From the NCBI GenBank assembly GCA_030058085.1, contig JASGTU010000035.1, forward strand, positions 1-63,562: DNA of 63,562 nt. The letters are read 5' to 3'. The notes under the pieces were generated by a model, which saw only the letters and a program-made list of their open reading frames with translations, made no database searches and was not told the DNA's origin. Source of the DNA: Chloroflexota bacterium (GTDB taxonomy: Bacteria; Chloroflexota; Anaerolineae; Caldilineales; Caldilineaceae). The position numbers were made by a program, and so were the translations under genes. Of this stretch, positions 26,864-39,190 are shown one piece after another (position 1 is the stretch's first letter; the number at the start of each line of letters is the position of its first letter).

Positions 26864-27816
26864 GCCGAGTCCGCACCGTGCGAATTGGCGGCTTTAAGCT
26901 GCTTCCAGCGGTTCTGCACCACGCGATGCTCCAGGCCTGGCGCAATGAACTTGTCGTCTGCGTCCCAGCCTTCGGGTCTGACGGGCAGCGGCTCCTTGGA
27001 CATGAACATGCGTGCCAGGATGATCAGCGCGGCCAGGAGGAACATCATGCTGCCGGGGATCCACATGATGGCGCCGCTGATCATCTGATCCTGCAGCGCG
27101 GTGAAGCCCCAGATGCGCGGGGCCGACAAATAGTAGGTGTAGATGACATTGGGCGCGAAGGCGATAGTCACTGCCACGGCCATATTGGGCGGGATGACGC
27201 CGATCAGATAGGCCATGCTCGCCCAGCCGGAGCGCTTGCCGTGGATGCGGGGCGCGGCGCCGATCACGTGCCACCAGAAGAGCATGGCCGCACCGAAAAA
27301 CGTGATGTGCTGGATGTCGTGGACCCAGTCTTGGCGCAGGGCTAGATCGTAGAGCGAGGCGTCGTGCCAACCCAGGTAGACAGTTAGGAAGATGAGCCAG
27401 ACGATGAAAGGCCGGGTGACGGCAGCCAGGCCGCGACGAAAGCCGGACGGCTGCGAAAAGAGGCTCGCCACGCGCATTCGCAAAGCCGCGGGCAGCGCCC
27501 ATACCATAAACGGGAAGGGATTCGCCAGCAGCAACAGCGGCGCAGCCAGCATGATCGAGAGCATGTGCTGAAGCATATGCATGAAGAAGAGCTGCCCGCC
27601 CAGCCGGTCGATGGGCGAGAGCAGCGAAACAGCCAGGATCGCCAGCCCGGCGTAGTAGGAAAGCAAGCGCGGCCAATTGGCAAGCTGACCGCGCTTGCTT
27701 TGCCTGCGCAGCCTGAACCAACCCAGCGTATAGAGCGCGCCCAACGTAAGCAGGACGGCGACTATTTCGAGGCGCCACTCCCAAGAAGAGAGCAGCGCCT
27801 TTACCAGCGGATGCAT
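26860..27816 (-). CDS. ctaG: Cytochrome c oxidase assembly factor CtaG (Bacillus caa3 type)
   Basis: Multi-TM protein with FFMHMLQHMLSIMLAAPLLLL, typical of the caa3_CtaG family. Confidence 0.8.
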   Translation of the reverse strand: MHPLVKALLSSWEWRLEIVAVLLTLGALYTLGWFRLRRQSKRGQLANWPRLLSYYAGLAILAVSLLSPIDRLGGQLFFMHMLQHMLSIMLAAPLLLLANPFPFMVWALPAALRMRVASLFSQPSGFRRGLAAVTRPFIVWLIFLTVYLGWHDASLYDLALRQDWVHDIQHITFFGAAMLFWWHVIGAAPRIHGKRSGWASMAYLIGVIPPNMAVAVTIAFAPNVIYTYYLSAPRIWGFTALQDQMISGAIMWIPGSMMFLLAALIILARMFMSKEPLPVRPEGWDADDKFIAPGLEHRVVQNRWKQLKAANSHGADSA

Positions 27817-27956
27817 GACCGAGCCTTCCTCTGCGTCAGGACGTAACCGCTCCAGCAGCTAACGATGTCCCTACGCCATACCTATCGAGAAGTTCGTTAC
27901 TCCCCTATAGTATAATCACATGCCGCGCAGCTTGGCGGTGTGTTTGCCCACTATCT

Positions 27957-28048
27957 GTCATTCTGAAGCGAGCGCTAGTGAGCTGAAGAATCGCGTCGTA
28001 CCAGCGGTCGGGATGCTTCGCTCGGGAACCCTCTGGGTGCAGCATGAC
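27957..28048. repeat. REP/MITE-like intergenic repeat, copy B
   Basis: GTCATTCTGAAGCGAGC...GAAGAATC...GGGATGCTTCGCTC...GCAGCATGAC. The termini are inverted (GTCAT/ATGAC). Confidence 0.65.
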
Positions 28049-28074
28049 ATAGTCGTATTTAGTGAACAAACCGC

Positions 28075-28668
<594 letters not shown>

Positions 28669-28671
28669 GGG

Positions 28672-28878
28672 TTAGTGTTCTCCCTCCGGCGACCACAGCC
28701 GCGAGACGTGCATGTATGCCTGGACTACGATGACGGCCTTGAACAGGGCGATCAACATCAGGAAGATGGCGCTGTCCAGGCTGATGGCAACATAGAACTC
28801 GATGATGGTGAGTACGGCGAGCGTCAGCGCGATCATGGCTGAGCGACCGTAGGCCTTTGTGCGGGCAGAGTTGTTCAC
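28672..28878 (-). CDS. ctaF: Cytochrome c oxidase subunit IV (prokaryotic COX4 family), 68 aa
   Basis: Two-TM product with LFKAVIVVQAYMHV. GTG start at 28878 preceded by GGAGAAAGGGA. The longer ORF would overlap ctaD. Confidence 0.7.
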   Translation of the reverse strand: MNNSARTKAYGRSAMIALTLAVLTIIEFYVAISLDSAIFLMLIALFKAVIVVQAYMHVSRLWSPEGEH

Positions 28879-28928
28879 GTGCGGTTCCCTTTCTCCGTGT
28901 TGAGTCGAGCGCCAAGCTAGGCTGCTGG

Positions 28929-30779
<1,851 letters not shown>

Positions 30780-30813
30780 GTGTTGTATTCCTCCTCCGTA
30801 GTTCCTATGCCGT

Positions 30814-31617
30814 CTAGTTGGACTGGGCGTCTGCGTCAGTTTCGACGTCAGTATCAGCGTCAGTTTCGTCACCGGTTTGGGCGAGTGCGGGCGCTGTGCC
30901 GGCTGTTCGTTCGGCAAGCCATTGCTCGTATTCCGCCTGTTCGACAATGCGCACGGGCGCCACCATGCTGTAGTGACTTAGGCCGCATAACTCGGCGCAA
31001 TCGACCGTGTATTCGCCCGTCACCGAGGGCGTAAAGCGCAGCGTAGTTGTCATGCCGGGCACGAGGTCCTGTTTCACCCGCATTTCAGGGATCCAGAACG
31101 AATGGATAACATCGCGCGATGTCATGTCCATTCGCGCCGCTCGGTCGACGGGCAGCACCAACTCGTTCGATGCGACGCCGCTGTCGGGATACTCAAAGAG
31201 CCAGGACCACTGGAAGCCGGTGACGTTGACCGTGATTTCGTCCGGCGCGGCGCGTGTGACGTCCGACAGCGCACGGACGCCGAAAAAGCCGAAGACGAAA
31301 ACCACGATAAGCGGGATGACCGTCCAGGCGATCTCCAGGACGGTGTTGCCTTCGAAGTGCGCGCCTTCGCTTTCGTCGCCGTCCTTCTTGCGGAAGACGA
31401 ACAGGCTGTAGAGCATGATCACGACGACCAGCGAGAAAAGGAAGGCGATCAGCGTGAGATGCCAACTGGTCAACTGGTCGATGACCTGCGCCTGATGGCT
31501 GCCTTGTACGGGCATAGGCAGTATGGCTTTGAGCAGCAGATCCAACAGCACCGTCGTAATCGCCACAAGTACGCCGGCGATGATAAAATGGCGAATGTCG
31601 GTTGCGGACTTTGGCAT
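30814..31617 (-). CDS. ctaC: Cytochrome c oxidase subunit II (CuA)
   Basis: CuA site HSFWIPE ... CAELCGLSHYSM. The first ATG is at 31617; an alternative TTG start lies at 31653. Confidence 0.9.
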   Translation of the reverse strand: MPKSATDIRHFIIAGVLVAITTVLLDLLLKAILPMPVQGSHQAQVIDQLTSWHLTLIAFLFSLVVVIMLYSLFVFRKKDGDESEGAHFEGNTVLEIAWTVIPLIVVFVFGFFGVRALSDVTRAAPDEITVNVTGFQWSWLFEYPDSGVASNELVLPVDRAARMDMTSRDVIHSFWIPEMRVKQDLVPGMTTTLRFTPSVTGEYTVDCAELCGLSHYSMVAPVRIVEQAEYEQWLAERTAGTAPALAQTGDETDADTDVETDADAQSN

Positions 31618-31830
31618 AGCGGCTACCTTCTTCTGCTTGTTGTTTCTGGTCAATCGCGATCCGAATACGATGCCAACTGGTTAGACCGACCTACGCCGGT
31701 CGGTGAGCCAGTGTACACCCGCCGCGGCTGGCGTGGACATGAGCTATGTTCCAATCTTGCCCGCATTTTTCAACAAGCTTCATAAAAATGCGGCGAAAAG
31801 GCGCGTTAGGTAAGAGCTCGCGTTAGGACT

Positions 31831-31915
31831 GCCATTCCGAGCAGTAGCGAGGAATCTCGGGTGAGGCGTCGCCGTGACGCTCCGCTATGAGACGCTTCGC
31901 TGCGTTCGGCATGAC
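31831..31915. repeat. REP/MITE-like intergenic repeat, copy C
   Basis: GCCATTCCGAGCAGTAGCGAGGAATCTCGGGTGAGGCGTCGCCGTGACGCT...CTTCGCTGCGTTCGGCATGAC. Confidence 0.7.
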
Positions 31916-31937
31916 TGACGGTCAAAGAGCCATTCGC

Positions 31938-32279
31938 TTAGGCGAAGGACGCAACGGCCAATAGCACGACCAGGGCGATAGGCAGGGCGGTCAGGACGAC
32001 CTCTCGGCCTACGTCAAGGGCAAACGGACGGTTTGGCGCAGCGCCCGCCTGTCTGCGATATTGGCGCACCGATGCCACGGTAGTTTGGACAAGCCAGATT
32101 TGGAGCGCCACGAACACGACAAAGCCGGTGAAGGCCAGGGCGGGGAACGCTTGCCCGGACCAGGCATGCGGAAAGCGCAGTTGGGGCAGCGCGACCGCAG
32201 GCAGATAGCTGAGCGTCACCCATGCGATGACGCCCGCCAAGATGAGGATGGAGCCGATTCTGCGCAGTTGTTTTCCCAT
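31938..32279 (-). CDS. Small membrane protein of unknown function (3 TM)
   Basis: Hydrophobic 113-aa ORF immediately upstream of the oxidase operon on the same strand. No recognisable motif. Confidence 0.45.
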   Translation of the reverse strand: MGKQLRRIGSILILAGVIAWVTLSYLPAVALPQLRFPHAWSGQAFPALAFTGFVVFVALQIWLVQTTVASVRQYRRQAGAAPNRPFALDVGREVVLTALPIALVVLLAVASFA

Positions 32280-32434
32280 TTTCCCAGTCCCTCTCTCTCC
32301 TGAAGCGACGGGCGTGGATTGTACCAGCCTTGATCAGGCGTGTCAAACGAGATCGGGTCTACCGGACATTTTGGAGGCGAGCGAGGGATGGCATGGGCGC
32401 GGATGCTGATAGGCTGAACGCGGCGCGACGCGTT

Positions 32435-32463
32435 TTGACAGAAACATCGGGACGCGCTAGAAT
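32435..32463 (+). promoter_or_regulatory. Sigma70-like promoter of the fur-family/ATPase operon
   Basis: TTGACA (32435-32440), 17-nt spacer, TAGAAT (32458-32463). Confidence 0.6.
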
Positions 32464-32476
32464 GTCGGCTGTTGTT

Positions 32477-32520
32477 TAGAATCGTTCTAGATTTCGTCAT
32501 GCGAGAAATGTGAACGATTC
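32477..32520 (+). promoter_or_regulatory. Candidate Fur-family operator: two near-palindromic GAAnnnTTC boxes
   Basis: TAGAATCGTTCTA at 32477-32489. Its core is the reverse complement of GAACGATTC at 32511-32519. Both lie between the -10 element and the start codon. Confidence 0.4.
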
Positions 32521-32547
32521 GGTTGTAGGAAGGATGGGGTCAACAAG

Positions 32548-33054
32548 GTGGCGAAGACGGATATCTTTCTCAGCGCCTTAAAGCTGTCTGGCAGGCGCAT
32601 CACCGAGCAGCGGCGCATCATCTGCGATTACCTGGCGAACTGCCGCACGCACCCGACGGCATCGCGCATTTACGCCGAACTGGCTGCGGCGCACCCCGAG
32701 ATCAGCCGGGCCACGGTGTATAACACCCTCAATACGCTGCAAGAACTCGGCGCGCTGGTCGAAATCAGCTTTGGCGATGGACATACGCACTACGAGACCA
32801 ATCCGGCGCCGCACGTTAACCTAGTCTGTTTGCGCTGTCACCGCATCATCGACGTTCCGGTCGCCTCGCCGCTTGAGGGCGTAGAGGCGGAACGGTGGCA
32901 TGAGGCCGGTTTCTGGCCAATCGCAGTGAAGATGGAGGTTTACGGCTTTTGTTCCGAATGCCGTAAGCGCAAGAAAGAGGAAATCCGGGACCAATGGCGA
33001 CAAAGCCATGAGCAAATGCTGGCAAGCAGGCCTGATGAGGCGGAGGACGAGTAG
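32548..33054 (+). CDS. Fur-family metalloregulator (Fur/PerR/Zur class unresolved)
   Basis: GTG start. DNA-binding ISRATVYNTLNTL, HHH-type site GHTHYE, and two CxxC pairs (CLRCHR, CSECRK). Confidence 0.85.
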   Translation: MAKTDIFLSALKLSGRRITEQRRIICDYLANCRTHPTASRIYAELAAAHPEISRATVYNTLNTLQELGALVEISFGDGHTHYETNPAPHVNLVCLRCHRIIDVPVASPLEGVEAERWHEAGFWPIAVKMEVYGFCSECRKRKKEEIRDQWRQSHEQMLASRPDEAEDE

Positions 33055-35085
33055 ATGACGATGGAGACCGCGCAGTCCGCGGTGCAATCTGGAGGGAAGC
33101 CGTCCGGCGGCGCGCCGAGCCTGTTCGTGTTCGCGCTGTGGCGCGATAACGTCGAGTTGACGTTGGCTGCGATCACGCTGGTCGCGCTGCTCATCGGCTG
33201 GATTGGCGGGTCGGTGACCGGCTTGCTGCCGCAATGGGCGGTGACCGTTTTTGCGGTGATCGCTTTCGGCGCGGGGGGCTATTCCGGTTTGAAAGGCGCT
33301 ATCGAGGAGGCCAAGGAAGGCCGCCTCGACATCGACTTCCTGATGATCGCGGCGGCCCTGGGCGCGGCTTTGATCGGCGAGTGGGAAGAAGGGGCGTTGC
33401 TGCTCTTCCTCTTCACGCTGAGCGGCGCGCTCGAGGAGTTCGCCATGGACCGTACGCGCAAGGCCATCGAGGCGCTGGGCAATCTGCGCCCGGAAGTGGC
33501 GCTGGTACGCCGCAACGGCGCGGAGGTCTCAGTGCCGGTGGAGGACTTGCGTGTCTCGGAGATCGTCCTTGTTCGCCCCGGTGAGCGGCTGCCCGTAGAC
33601 GGTGCAGTTGTCAAGGGCTCAAGTTCGATTGACCAAAGCCCCATCACGGGCGAGAGCGTGCCGGTGCTTAAGGAGATCAGCGATCCGGTCTACGCCGGCA
33701 CGATCAACGGCGGCGGCGCGTTGGAGATCGAAGTCAGCAAGCCGGCGTCGGAAAGCACCTTGAGCAAGATCATCAAACTGGTGGCGGATGCGCAGAAGGA
33801 CGCCGCGCCGACACAGCAGTTCATCGACCGTTTCAGCCAGCCCTATACCTATGCTGTGATCGCGGCCACGCTGTTGGCGATCGCTATCCCGTGGTTCTTC
33901 GTCAATGAGCCGTTCGGCGACACGCTCTACCGCGCCATGACGCTCTTGGTGGTGGCAAGCCCCTGCGCGCTGATCATCAGCACGCCTGCCAGCATCCTCA
34001 GCGCCATCGCCGCCGGTGCGCGCAATGGGGTGCTCTTCAAGGGCGGCGCCTACCTCGAAAAGGCGGCTGCGATACGCGCCGTGGCCTTCGACAAGACCGG
34101 CACCTTGACCCACGGCAGGCCGGTTGTGACCAACGTGCATCCGCTCAGCGGCTACCAGCGCGCCGACTTACTGCGCATGGCGGGCAGCGCCGAGATGCGC
34201 AGCGAACACCACATCGGACGGGCGATCGTCGAGGAAGCGCAGAAGGACGGCATTGAGTTGGAAGAGCCGCTGGAATTCTGCGCCGTCGCCGGGCACGGCA
34301 TTGAAGCCAAGTTCCAGCGCGATGGCCATGTCGAGACAATCTTCATTGGCAACGACAAGCTGTTCATGAACGAGGAGATGGAATTCTCGCCCGCCATCCG
34401 CTTGATCGGCGACGCGCTGCAGAAGCAAGGCAAGACGGCCATGCTCGTGGTGCGGCGCAGCACCGTAGAGGATACGCTCGGCTCCGTGCGCGACTGGGAA
34501 GTGGTCGGTTATCTGGCGGTGGCAGACTCCGTGCGGCCTGAATCTAGGGCGGCGGTAGAGAGTCTGCGCGCCCTCGGCGTGGAGCGCATCGCCATGCTGA
34601 CGGGCGACAATAAGGAGGTCGCGGACGCCATTGCGAGCGAGGTCGGCATTACCGAGGTGTACAGCGGCTTGTTGCCGGAGGAAAAGGTCGAGGTGATCGA
34701 GCGGCTGGTCGGTGAGACAGACGTGGCGATGGTGGGCGACGGCGTCAACGACGCTCCGGCGCTGGCGACCGCCTCAATCGGCATTGCCATGGGGGCCGGC
34801 GGCACAGACGTGGCGCTGGAAACCGCCGACGTGGTGCTGATGTCATCCGACCTGTCGAAGCTCCCCTTTATGCTGCGTCTGGGCCGGGAGGCGGAACGCA
34901 TCGTACGCCAGAACGTGATCTTCTCGGTGGGCGTGATCTTGACGCTGGTGACGCTGACGATCCTCGTGCCGATATTTGTGAAGGGGTTCTCGCTGCCGCT
35001 GCCGTTGGGCGTCGTCGGTCACGAGGGCAGCACGCTGATCGTCGTGACCAACGGCTTGCGCATGTTGGCGATGCGGCCAAAATAG
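33055..35085 (+). CDS. P1B-4-type heavy-metal (Co/Zn/Fe-class) exporting P-type ATPase lacking an N-terminal HMA domain
   Basis: TM motif SPC (VVASPCALII), phosphorylation site DKTGTLT, GDGVNDAP, and the C-terminal TM motif HEGSTLIV. Confidence 0.85.
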   Translation: MTMETAQSAVQSGGKPSGGAPSLFVFALWRDNVELTLAAITLVALLIGWIGGSVTGLLPQWAVTVFAVIAFGAGGYSGLKGAIEEAKEGRLDIDFLMIAAALGAALIGEWEEGALLLFLFTLSGALEEFAMDRTRKAIEALGNLRPEVALVRRNGAEVSVPVEDLRVSEIVLVRPGERLPVDGAVVKGSSSIDQSPITGESVPVLKEISDPVYAGTINGGGALEIEVSKPASESTLSKIIKLVADAQKDAAPTQQFIDRFSQPYTYAVIAATLLAIAIPWFFVNEPFGDTLYRAMTLLVVASPCALIISTPASILSAIAAGARNGVLFKGGAYLEKAAAIRAVAFDKTGTLTHGRPVVTNVHPLSGYQRADLLRMAGSAEMRSEHHIGRAIVEEAQKDGIELEEPLEFCAVAGHGIEAKFQRDGHVETIFIGNDKLFMNEEMEFSPAIRLIGDALQKQGKTAMLVVRRSTVEDTLGSVRDWEVVGYLAVADSVRPESRAAVESLRALGVERIAMLTGDNKEVADAIASEVGITEVYSGLLPEEKVEVIERLVGETDVAMVGDGVNDAPALATASIGIAMGAGGTDVALETADVVLMSSDLSKLPFMLRLGREAERIVRQNVIFSVGVILTLVTLTILVPIFVKGFSLPLPLGVVGHEGSTLIVVTNGLRMLAMRPK

Positions 35086-35117
35086 AGACGCACTCCGTTA
35101 CATTACACCAATAAAAA

Positions 35118-35158
35118 GGCGGCGGCCTCGAACAAGGCCGCCGCTTTTATTTTGTTTT
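35118..35158. terminator. Bidirectional rho-independent terminator between convergent genes
   Basis: Stem GCGGCGGCC/GGCCGCCGC, flanked by an A-run on the left and TTTTATTTTGTTTT on the right. Confidence 0.75.
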
Positions 35159-35169
35159 GGCAAACGCGC

Positions 35170-36369
35170 CTACGGCCGCGCCGGCGAGCCGTCCGGCCAG
35201 CGCGTCTGCGTCCAGAACTCCACTTCGTCGACGGGCGGGTATTGCGCAGCTAGCTCCTCGTCGATGTCGATGCCCAGGCCGGGCTTGTCGTTGGGATACA
35301 TGTAGCCGTCACGCACTTCGGGCAGGCCGGGGAACATATCATAGACCAGGGCGGGGAAACGACACCATTCCTGGATGCCGAAGTTGGGCGCCCACAGGTC
35401 GAGATGCAGGTTAGCGGCATGGCCCACCGGCGAGGTGTCGCCCGGCCCGTGCCACGCGGTGCGAACGCCGTACATATGTGCGAAGTCAGCGACGGCTCGC
35501 GCAGGCGTGATGCCGCCCATCTGGCTGACGTGCATGCGGATGAAGTCGATCAGCTTGCCCGCGATGAGGGGCTGCCACTCGCGCGGGTTGTTGAACAACT
35601 CGCCCATAGCGAGGGGCGTGGCGCACTGCTCGCGGATGCGGTCGAACCACTCGATGTCTTCGGGGGCTAGCGCATCTTCGAGAAAGAAGAGCTTGTACGG
35701 CTCGACGTCCTTGGCGAACTGCACGGCGTCGATGGGCTGCAGGCGCTCGTGGATGTCGTGCAGCAGTTCCACTTCGTCGCCCAATTCGGCGCGCACATGG
35801 TCGATCATGTCGAGCATGTTACGCATGTAGGCGCGCGGGTCGTAGTAATGGCCGTCCGGCGAGCCGTCGGGTCGCGGCGGCATGTCCGACCTGCCGCCGT
35901 AGCCGCCCATCTGCACGCGGATGTAGTGATAGCCCTCCGCCATAAAGCGGCGCACATTGTCCTCGACTTCATAGGCGTCGCGGCCGTCGGCATGGACATA
36001 GACCGCGGCGGCCTCGCGGCACTTGCCGCCGAGCAGGTCGTAGAGCGGCATGTTCGCCTTTTTACCCTTGATGTCCCACAAGGCCTGGTCGATGCCGGAG
36101 ATAGCGTTGTTGAGGACGGGGCCGTTGCGCCAGTAGCTATGCACCGTCGCCATGCGGTACAACTCCTCGATGCGCGAGACGTCGCGGCCGAGGACGAAGG
36201 GCTTGAGGTGCTTTTCGACGGCAGCGACCACAGGGTGATAGCGCTGCGTGAAGGTGGCGCAGCCCAGCCCATACAGCCCCGGCTCGGAGGTGACGACCTT
36301 GACGATGACAAGGCGAGAGCCGGCCGGCTGGGTGACGATGACCTGAACATCCTGAATGGTGACGGGCAT
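35170..36369 (-). CDS. Enolase-superfamily dehydratase (RspA / D-mannonate dehydratase-like subgroup)
   Basis: N-terminus VIVTQPAGSRLVIVKVVTSEPGLYGLGCATFTQR and the overall RspA/ManD-like sequence pattern. Confidence 0.8.
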   Translation of the reverse strand: MPVTIQDVQVIVTQPAGSRLVIVKVVTSEPGLYGLGCATFTQRYHPVVAAVEKHLKPFVLGRDVSRIEELYRMATVHSYWRNGPVLNNAISGIDQALWDIKGKKANMPLYDLLGGKCREAAAVYVHADGRDAYEVEDNVRRFMAEGYHYIRVQMGGYGGRSDMPPRPDGSPDGHYYDPRAYMRNMLDMIDHVRAELGDEVELLHDIHERLQPIDAVQFAKDVEPYKLFFLEDALAPEDIEWFDRIREQCATPLAMGELFNNPREWQPLIAGKLIDFIRMHVSQMGGITPARAVADFAHMYGVRTAWHGPGDTSPVGHAANLHLDLWAPNFGIQEWCRFPALVYDMFPGLPEVRDGYMYPNDKPGLGIDIDEELAAQYPPVDEVEFWTQTRWPDGSPARP

Positions 36370-36373
36370 GGGG

Positions 36374-37165
36374 CTACTCCGATCTGGCTTGGGTGTTGGA
36401 ATCGCCGTTGCGCCTGGCGGGCATGAAGATCTCGTAACCGACCGGATCGCCGTAGCCGTCGATCTCTTCGGGAGCGACGCCCGGACTTTCCAGCGCGGCG
36501 ATCACGATGCGTTTGTTGAAGATGCCGACGTACTCGCTTGCCAGGTATTCGTCTACGGGCATCCAGCGCGATTCTTCGATCTCGCTCTGCTGGATGGTGA
36601 TCTCCTGGCTAAGAGGCGAGAGCCGGCAGATGAAATAGATATCGGACTTGTTCCAGCGATAGCCGTGCCAGTGGCGGAAACAAACGAGTGAGTCGAATTT
36701 GGCGCGTACGCCGGTTTCCTCGAACACCTCGCGGATGACGGCGTTGACCAGGTGCTCGCCGGGTTGCAGCGCGCCGCCGGGGAGTTTGTAGTAAGGACGG
36801 CTGAGGTCGCGGCGATGCAGTTCATTCACGACCAGCAGTTCCTGCCGTTCGTTCAGGACGACGGCCCCTGCACCGATGAAGTGCGTGGCAAAGGACGGCA
36901 CGAGCGCATCGGGCTTGAGGCGGCAGACCAGGCTGAGGCTGTCTTCCGCGGCGTGGTGATAGGTGAAACCGGCCTCGGTCGCCGGCGGGACGAGCGCGGC
37001 GCGGGGGATAGGCAGTTCCAACCAGACCACACCGCGGCCCTCTTGCCGCCAGACACCCAGGGAGAAATCCAGGCGGCGGCGAAACTCAGCCGGATCGGCG
37101 GGTAGCCGATCTGCGGTTACTTCGACGCCGTTGAAGCGATTGACTACATGGTCCAAGATCTGCAT
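36374..37165 (-). CDS. NUDIX hydrolase with an N-terminal accessory domain
   Basis: Nudix box GGALQPGEHLVNAVIREVFEETGV. Start at ATG 37165; the ORF opens at 37207. Confidence 0.8.
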   Translation of the reverse strand: MQILDHVVNRFNGVEVTADRLPADPAEFRRRLDFSLGVWRQEGRGVVWLELPIPRAALVPPATEAGFTYHHAAEDSLSLVCRLKPDALVPSFATHFIGAGAVVLNERQELLVVNELHRRDLSRPYYKLPGGALQPGEHLVNAVIREVFEETGVRAKFDSLVCFRHWHGYRWNKSDIYFICRLSPLSQEITIQQSEIEESRWMPVDEYLASEYVGIFNKRIVIAALESPGVAPEEIDGYGDPVGYEIFMPARRNGDSNTQARSE

Positions 37166-37232
37166 ATCCAACTTCCGTTTAGAACTCGACCTGCTTGTTG
37201 ACGACACTCGCCGTTCGCTGCGGCATTGCGCC

Positions 37233-38408
37233 TCACACTGCGTCTTTCAGCCAGCGCTCGAACCAGTTGAAAGCCTCGGCTTGCATGTCGGGCTCGAATT
37301 TGTGGGGGCCGGGGTAGAAGGTGCAGCGGTAGCGTTCGGAGGCCCCGGCTTTGCCGTAGATGCCGGCTAACATGCGGTCTGCCCGCTGCATCTCCGGCAG
37401 CGTGAAGAGCGGGTCCGCTTCGTTGTTGAGCACGAGGGTGGGCAGCGGGACGCGCAGGCCGAGAATCTCCGGGTAGTCCAGTTCGGGCGGCAGCAGCGGC
37501 ACGTAACACATCCAGGTATGCGTGTGGCTGCGGTTAAGGAGGTAGTCGCGCCAGGTGGTCATCATGCCGGCGCAGACGGCGCAGCGAATGCGCGGGTCAA
37601 GGCCGGCGAGGAAGACCGTGCGCAATCCGCCGCCGGACAGCCCGCCGCAGCCCACGCGCGAGGCGTCTACGTCCGGGCGCGCGCACAGCACGTCCAGTGC
37701 GCGCTGGTCTTCGGCGGAGAAGACGCCAGGCCAGGTCGTGCCGGCGGAGAAGAGCGACTTGGCCAGGATCGACTCGTGCATGGCTGCCCATTGGTTGTAG
37801 GCGGCGATGTTCTGCGGGTTTTCGGGGTCGTCGTCACTTAGCCCGTCACGGATGGCTTCGGGCACATCGGCTAGGCGGACGCGGCGGCTGGCGAAGGCGA
37901 AGGCGTCGGGGACGAGCACGGCATAGCCGCGTTTGGCAAGCTCATTGGCCCAGGCCGTGCTGCCATAGGATTCGGCCTGGTGCTCCTGCACGACAGGGTG
38001 CAGTTCTTGCGATGTGCGCGTGATCTTGCGGCAGCCGAGGTATTTGTTGCCGCCGTGGTCATGCAGGGCGACGACGCCCGGCAGTTTGCCCGTCGCGCCG
38101 GCCGGCTTGAGGAAGATGGCGGCAGTAGGCGGGCCGTAGGGCAGTTGCCAGGACAGTTCTTCGATATGGAGGCCGTCAAATTCGTATTGCGCCTGCACGG
38201 TAGCTGCCGGCGCGCCGCCCGTATCCGGCTGGGCTAGCCGGGCAAGCAACTGGGCGCGGGCTTCCTCTCGCCACGCATCCAGGTTTGTGACTTCTGCGCG
38301 GCGAAATGAGTATCTGCCCGGCTGGTCCGGAGTGAGCAAGGCGGCCCATGCGCCATAGGCGCCGATCATCGTGGTGGCATTGCCGGCGTGATGTGTGTTG
38401 CCTGCCAT
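37233..38408 (-). CDS. Alpha/beta hydrolase (acetyl-xylan-esterase / dienelactone-hydrolase-like)
   Basis: HDHGG oxyanion region and nucleophile elbow GLSGG. Start at 38408 (MAGNTHH). Confidence 0.65.
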   Translation of the reverse strand: MAGNTHHAGNATTMIGAYGAWAALLTPDQPGRYSFRRAEVTNLDAWREEARAQLLARLAQPDTGGAPAATVQAQYEFDGLHIEELSWQLPYGPPTAAIFLKPAGATGKLPGVVALHDHGGNKYLGCRKITRTSQELHPVVQEHQAESYGSTAWANELAKRGYAVLVPDAFAFASRRVRLADVPEAIRDGLSDDDPENPQNIAAYNQWAAMHESILAKSLFSAGTTWPGVFSAEDQRALDVLCARPDVDASRVGCGGLSGGGLRTVFLAGLDPRIRCAVCAGMMTTWRDYLLNRSHTHTWMCYVPLLPPELDYPEILGLRVPLPTLVLNNEADPLFTLPEMQRADRMLAGIYGKAGASERYRCTFYPGPHKFEPDMQAEAFNWFERWLKDAV

Positions 38409-38427
38409 GGAGCGTTCCTTTGGGGTG

Positions 38428-38808
38428 TTACAGAGGTTTGCCGCGCTGCACAAGTTGCAACGGCTCGTGCCACGGCGTGCGCAGGAAGGCGAGCTTGTCG
38501 CCGGCAGCCGTGCTGGTGATCTCGCCGACGGGCGTTGCCCCGGCCTCGATCAGTCTCCGGCGATCCGCCTCGATATCGGTGGCGGCGAAGGCGAAATGCA
38601 GCAGATACGGGCTCATGGCGGCGTAATCGGGGATTGGCGCAGATGTGTTGTGGTACAACTCGATCATGCTGCCGGACGCGTCTGCCACGAAGTGCATGTA
38701 TGGGGCTTCGACGGATGACAGGACGATGCGCATTCCAAAGTTGTCGACCAGCCATTGGGCGAGTAAGGCCGGTTCGCTGACGTTGACGGCGATGTGTTCA
38801 AGCTTCAT
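38428..38808 (-). CDS. VOC/glyoxalase-family protein
   Basis: MKLEHIAVNV ... HFAF pattern. GAGGAG RBS before the ATG at 38808. Confidence 0.7.
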   Translation of the reverse strand: MKLEHIAVNVSEPALLAQWLVDNFGMRIVLSSVEAPYMHFVADASGSMIELYHNTSAPIPDYAAMSPYLLHFAFAATDIEADRRRLIEAGATPVGEITSTAAGDKLAFLRTPWHEPLQLVQRGKPL

Positions 38809-39190
38809 GTAGGTCTCCTCTGCGGGTGAAGGGCGGCGCGCCCTCCGGCGTGTGTTATACCGCTGGCCGACCGCGCTGAAAAGCCTTCTCGGGGACGCCT
38901 GGCAAGACGAGCGCGTGGCCGGCCTCGTTCCGGCGTTGAGAACCCGTCCATTGTAGATCAGGAATTGGAAATTCGTCATATTGCCTGGCCGCGCTGCGGC
39001 GCAGCAACGACACCGCTCTTCTTACCTGGTAGGATCGGACTGATAGTATAATGGTAAGGATGCGCGGGTCCCTAAACGACGTTGGTAGGTTTGTCGAACG
39101 GGCCCTGCCGGACACATCAAGAAATACTGACATAGACACTGCATCCCCCCTTCAAAGGCGGGATCAGGACGACGGTGAAAAAAGGCATCT

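Noticed and set aside
38980-39190. A tRNA or other known RNA in the AT-richer gap before 39191
   Set aside because: No T-loop or acceptor pattern is present. Only a generic nested hairpin is seen, so it is reported as a possible leader structure.
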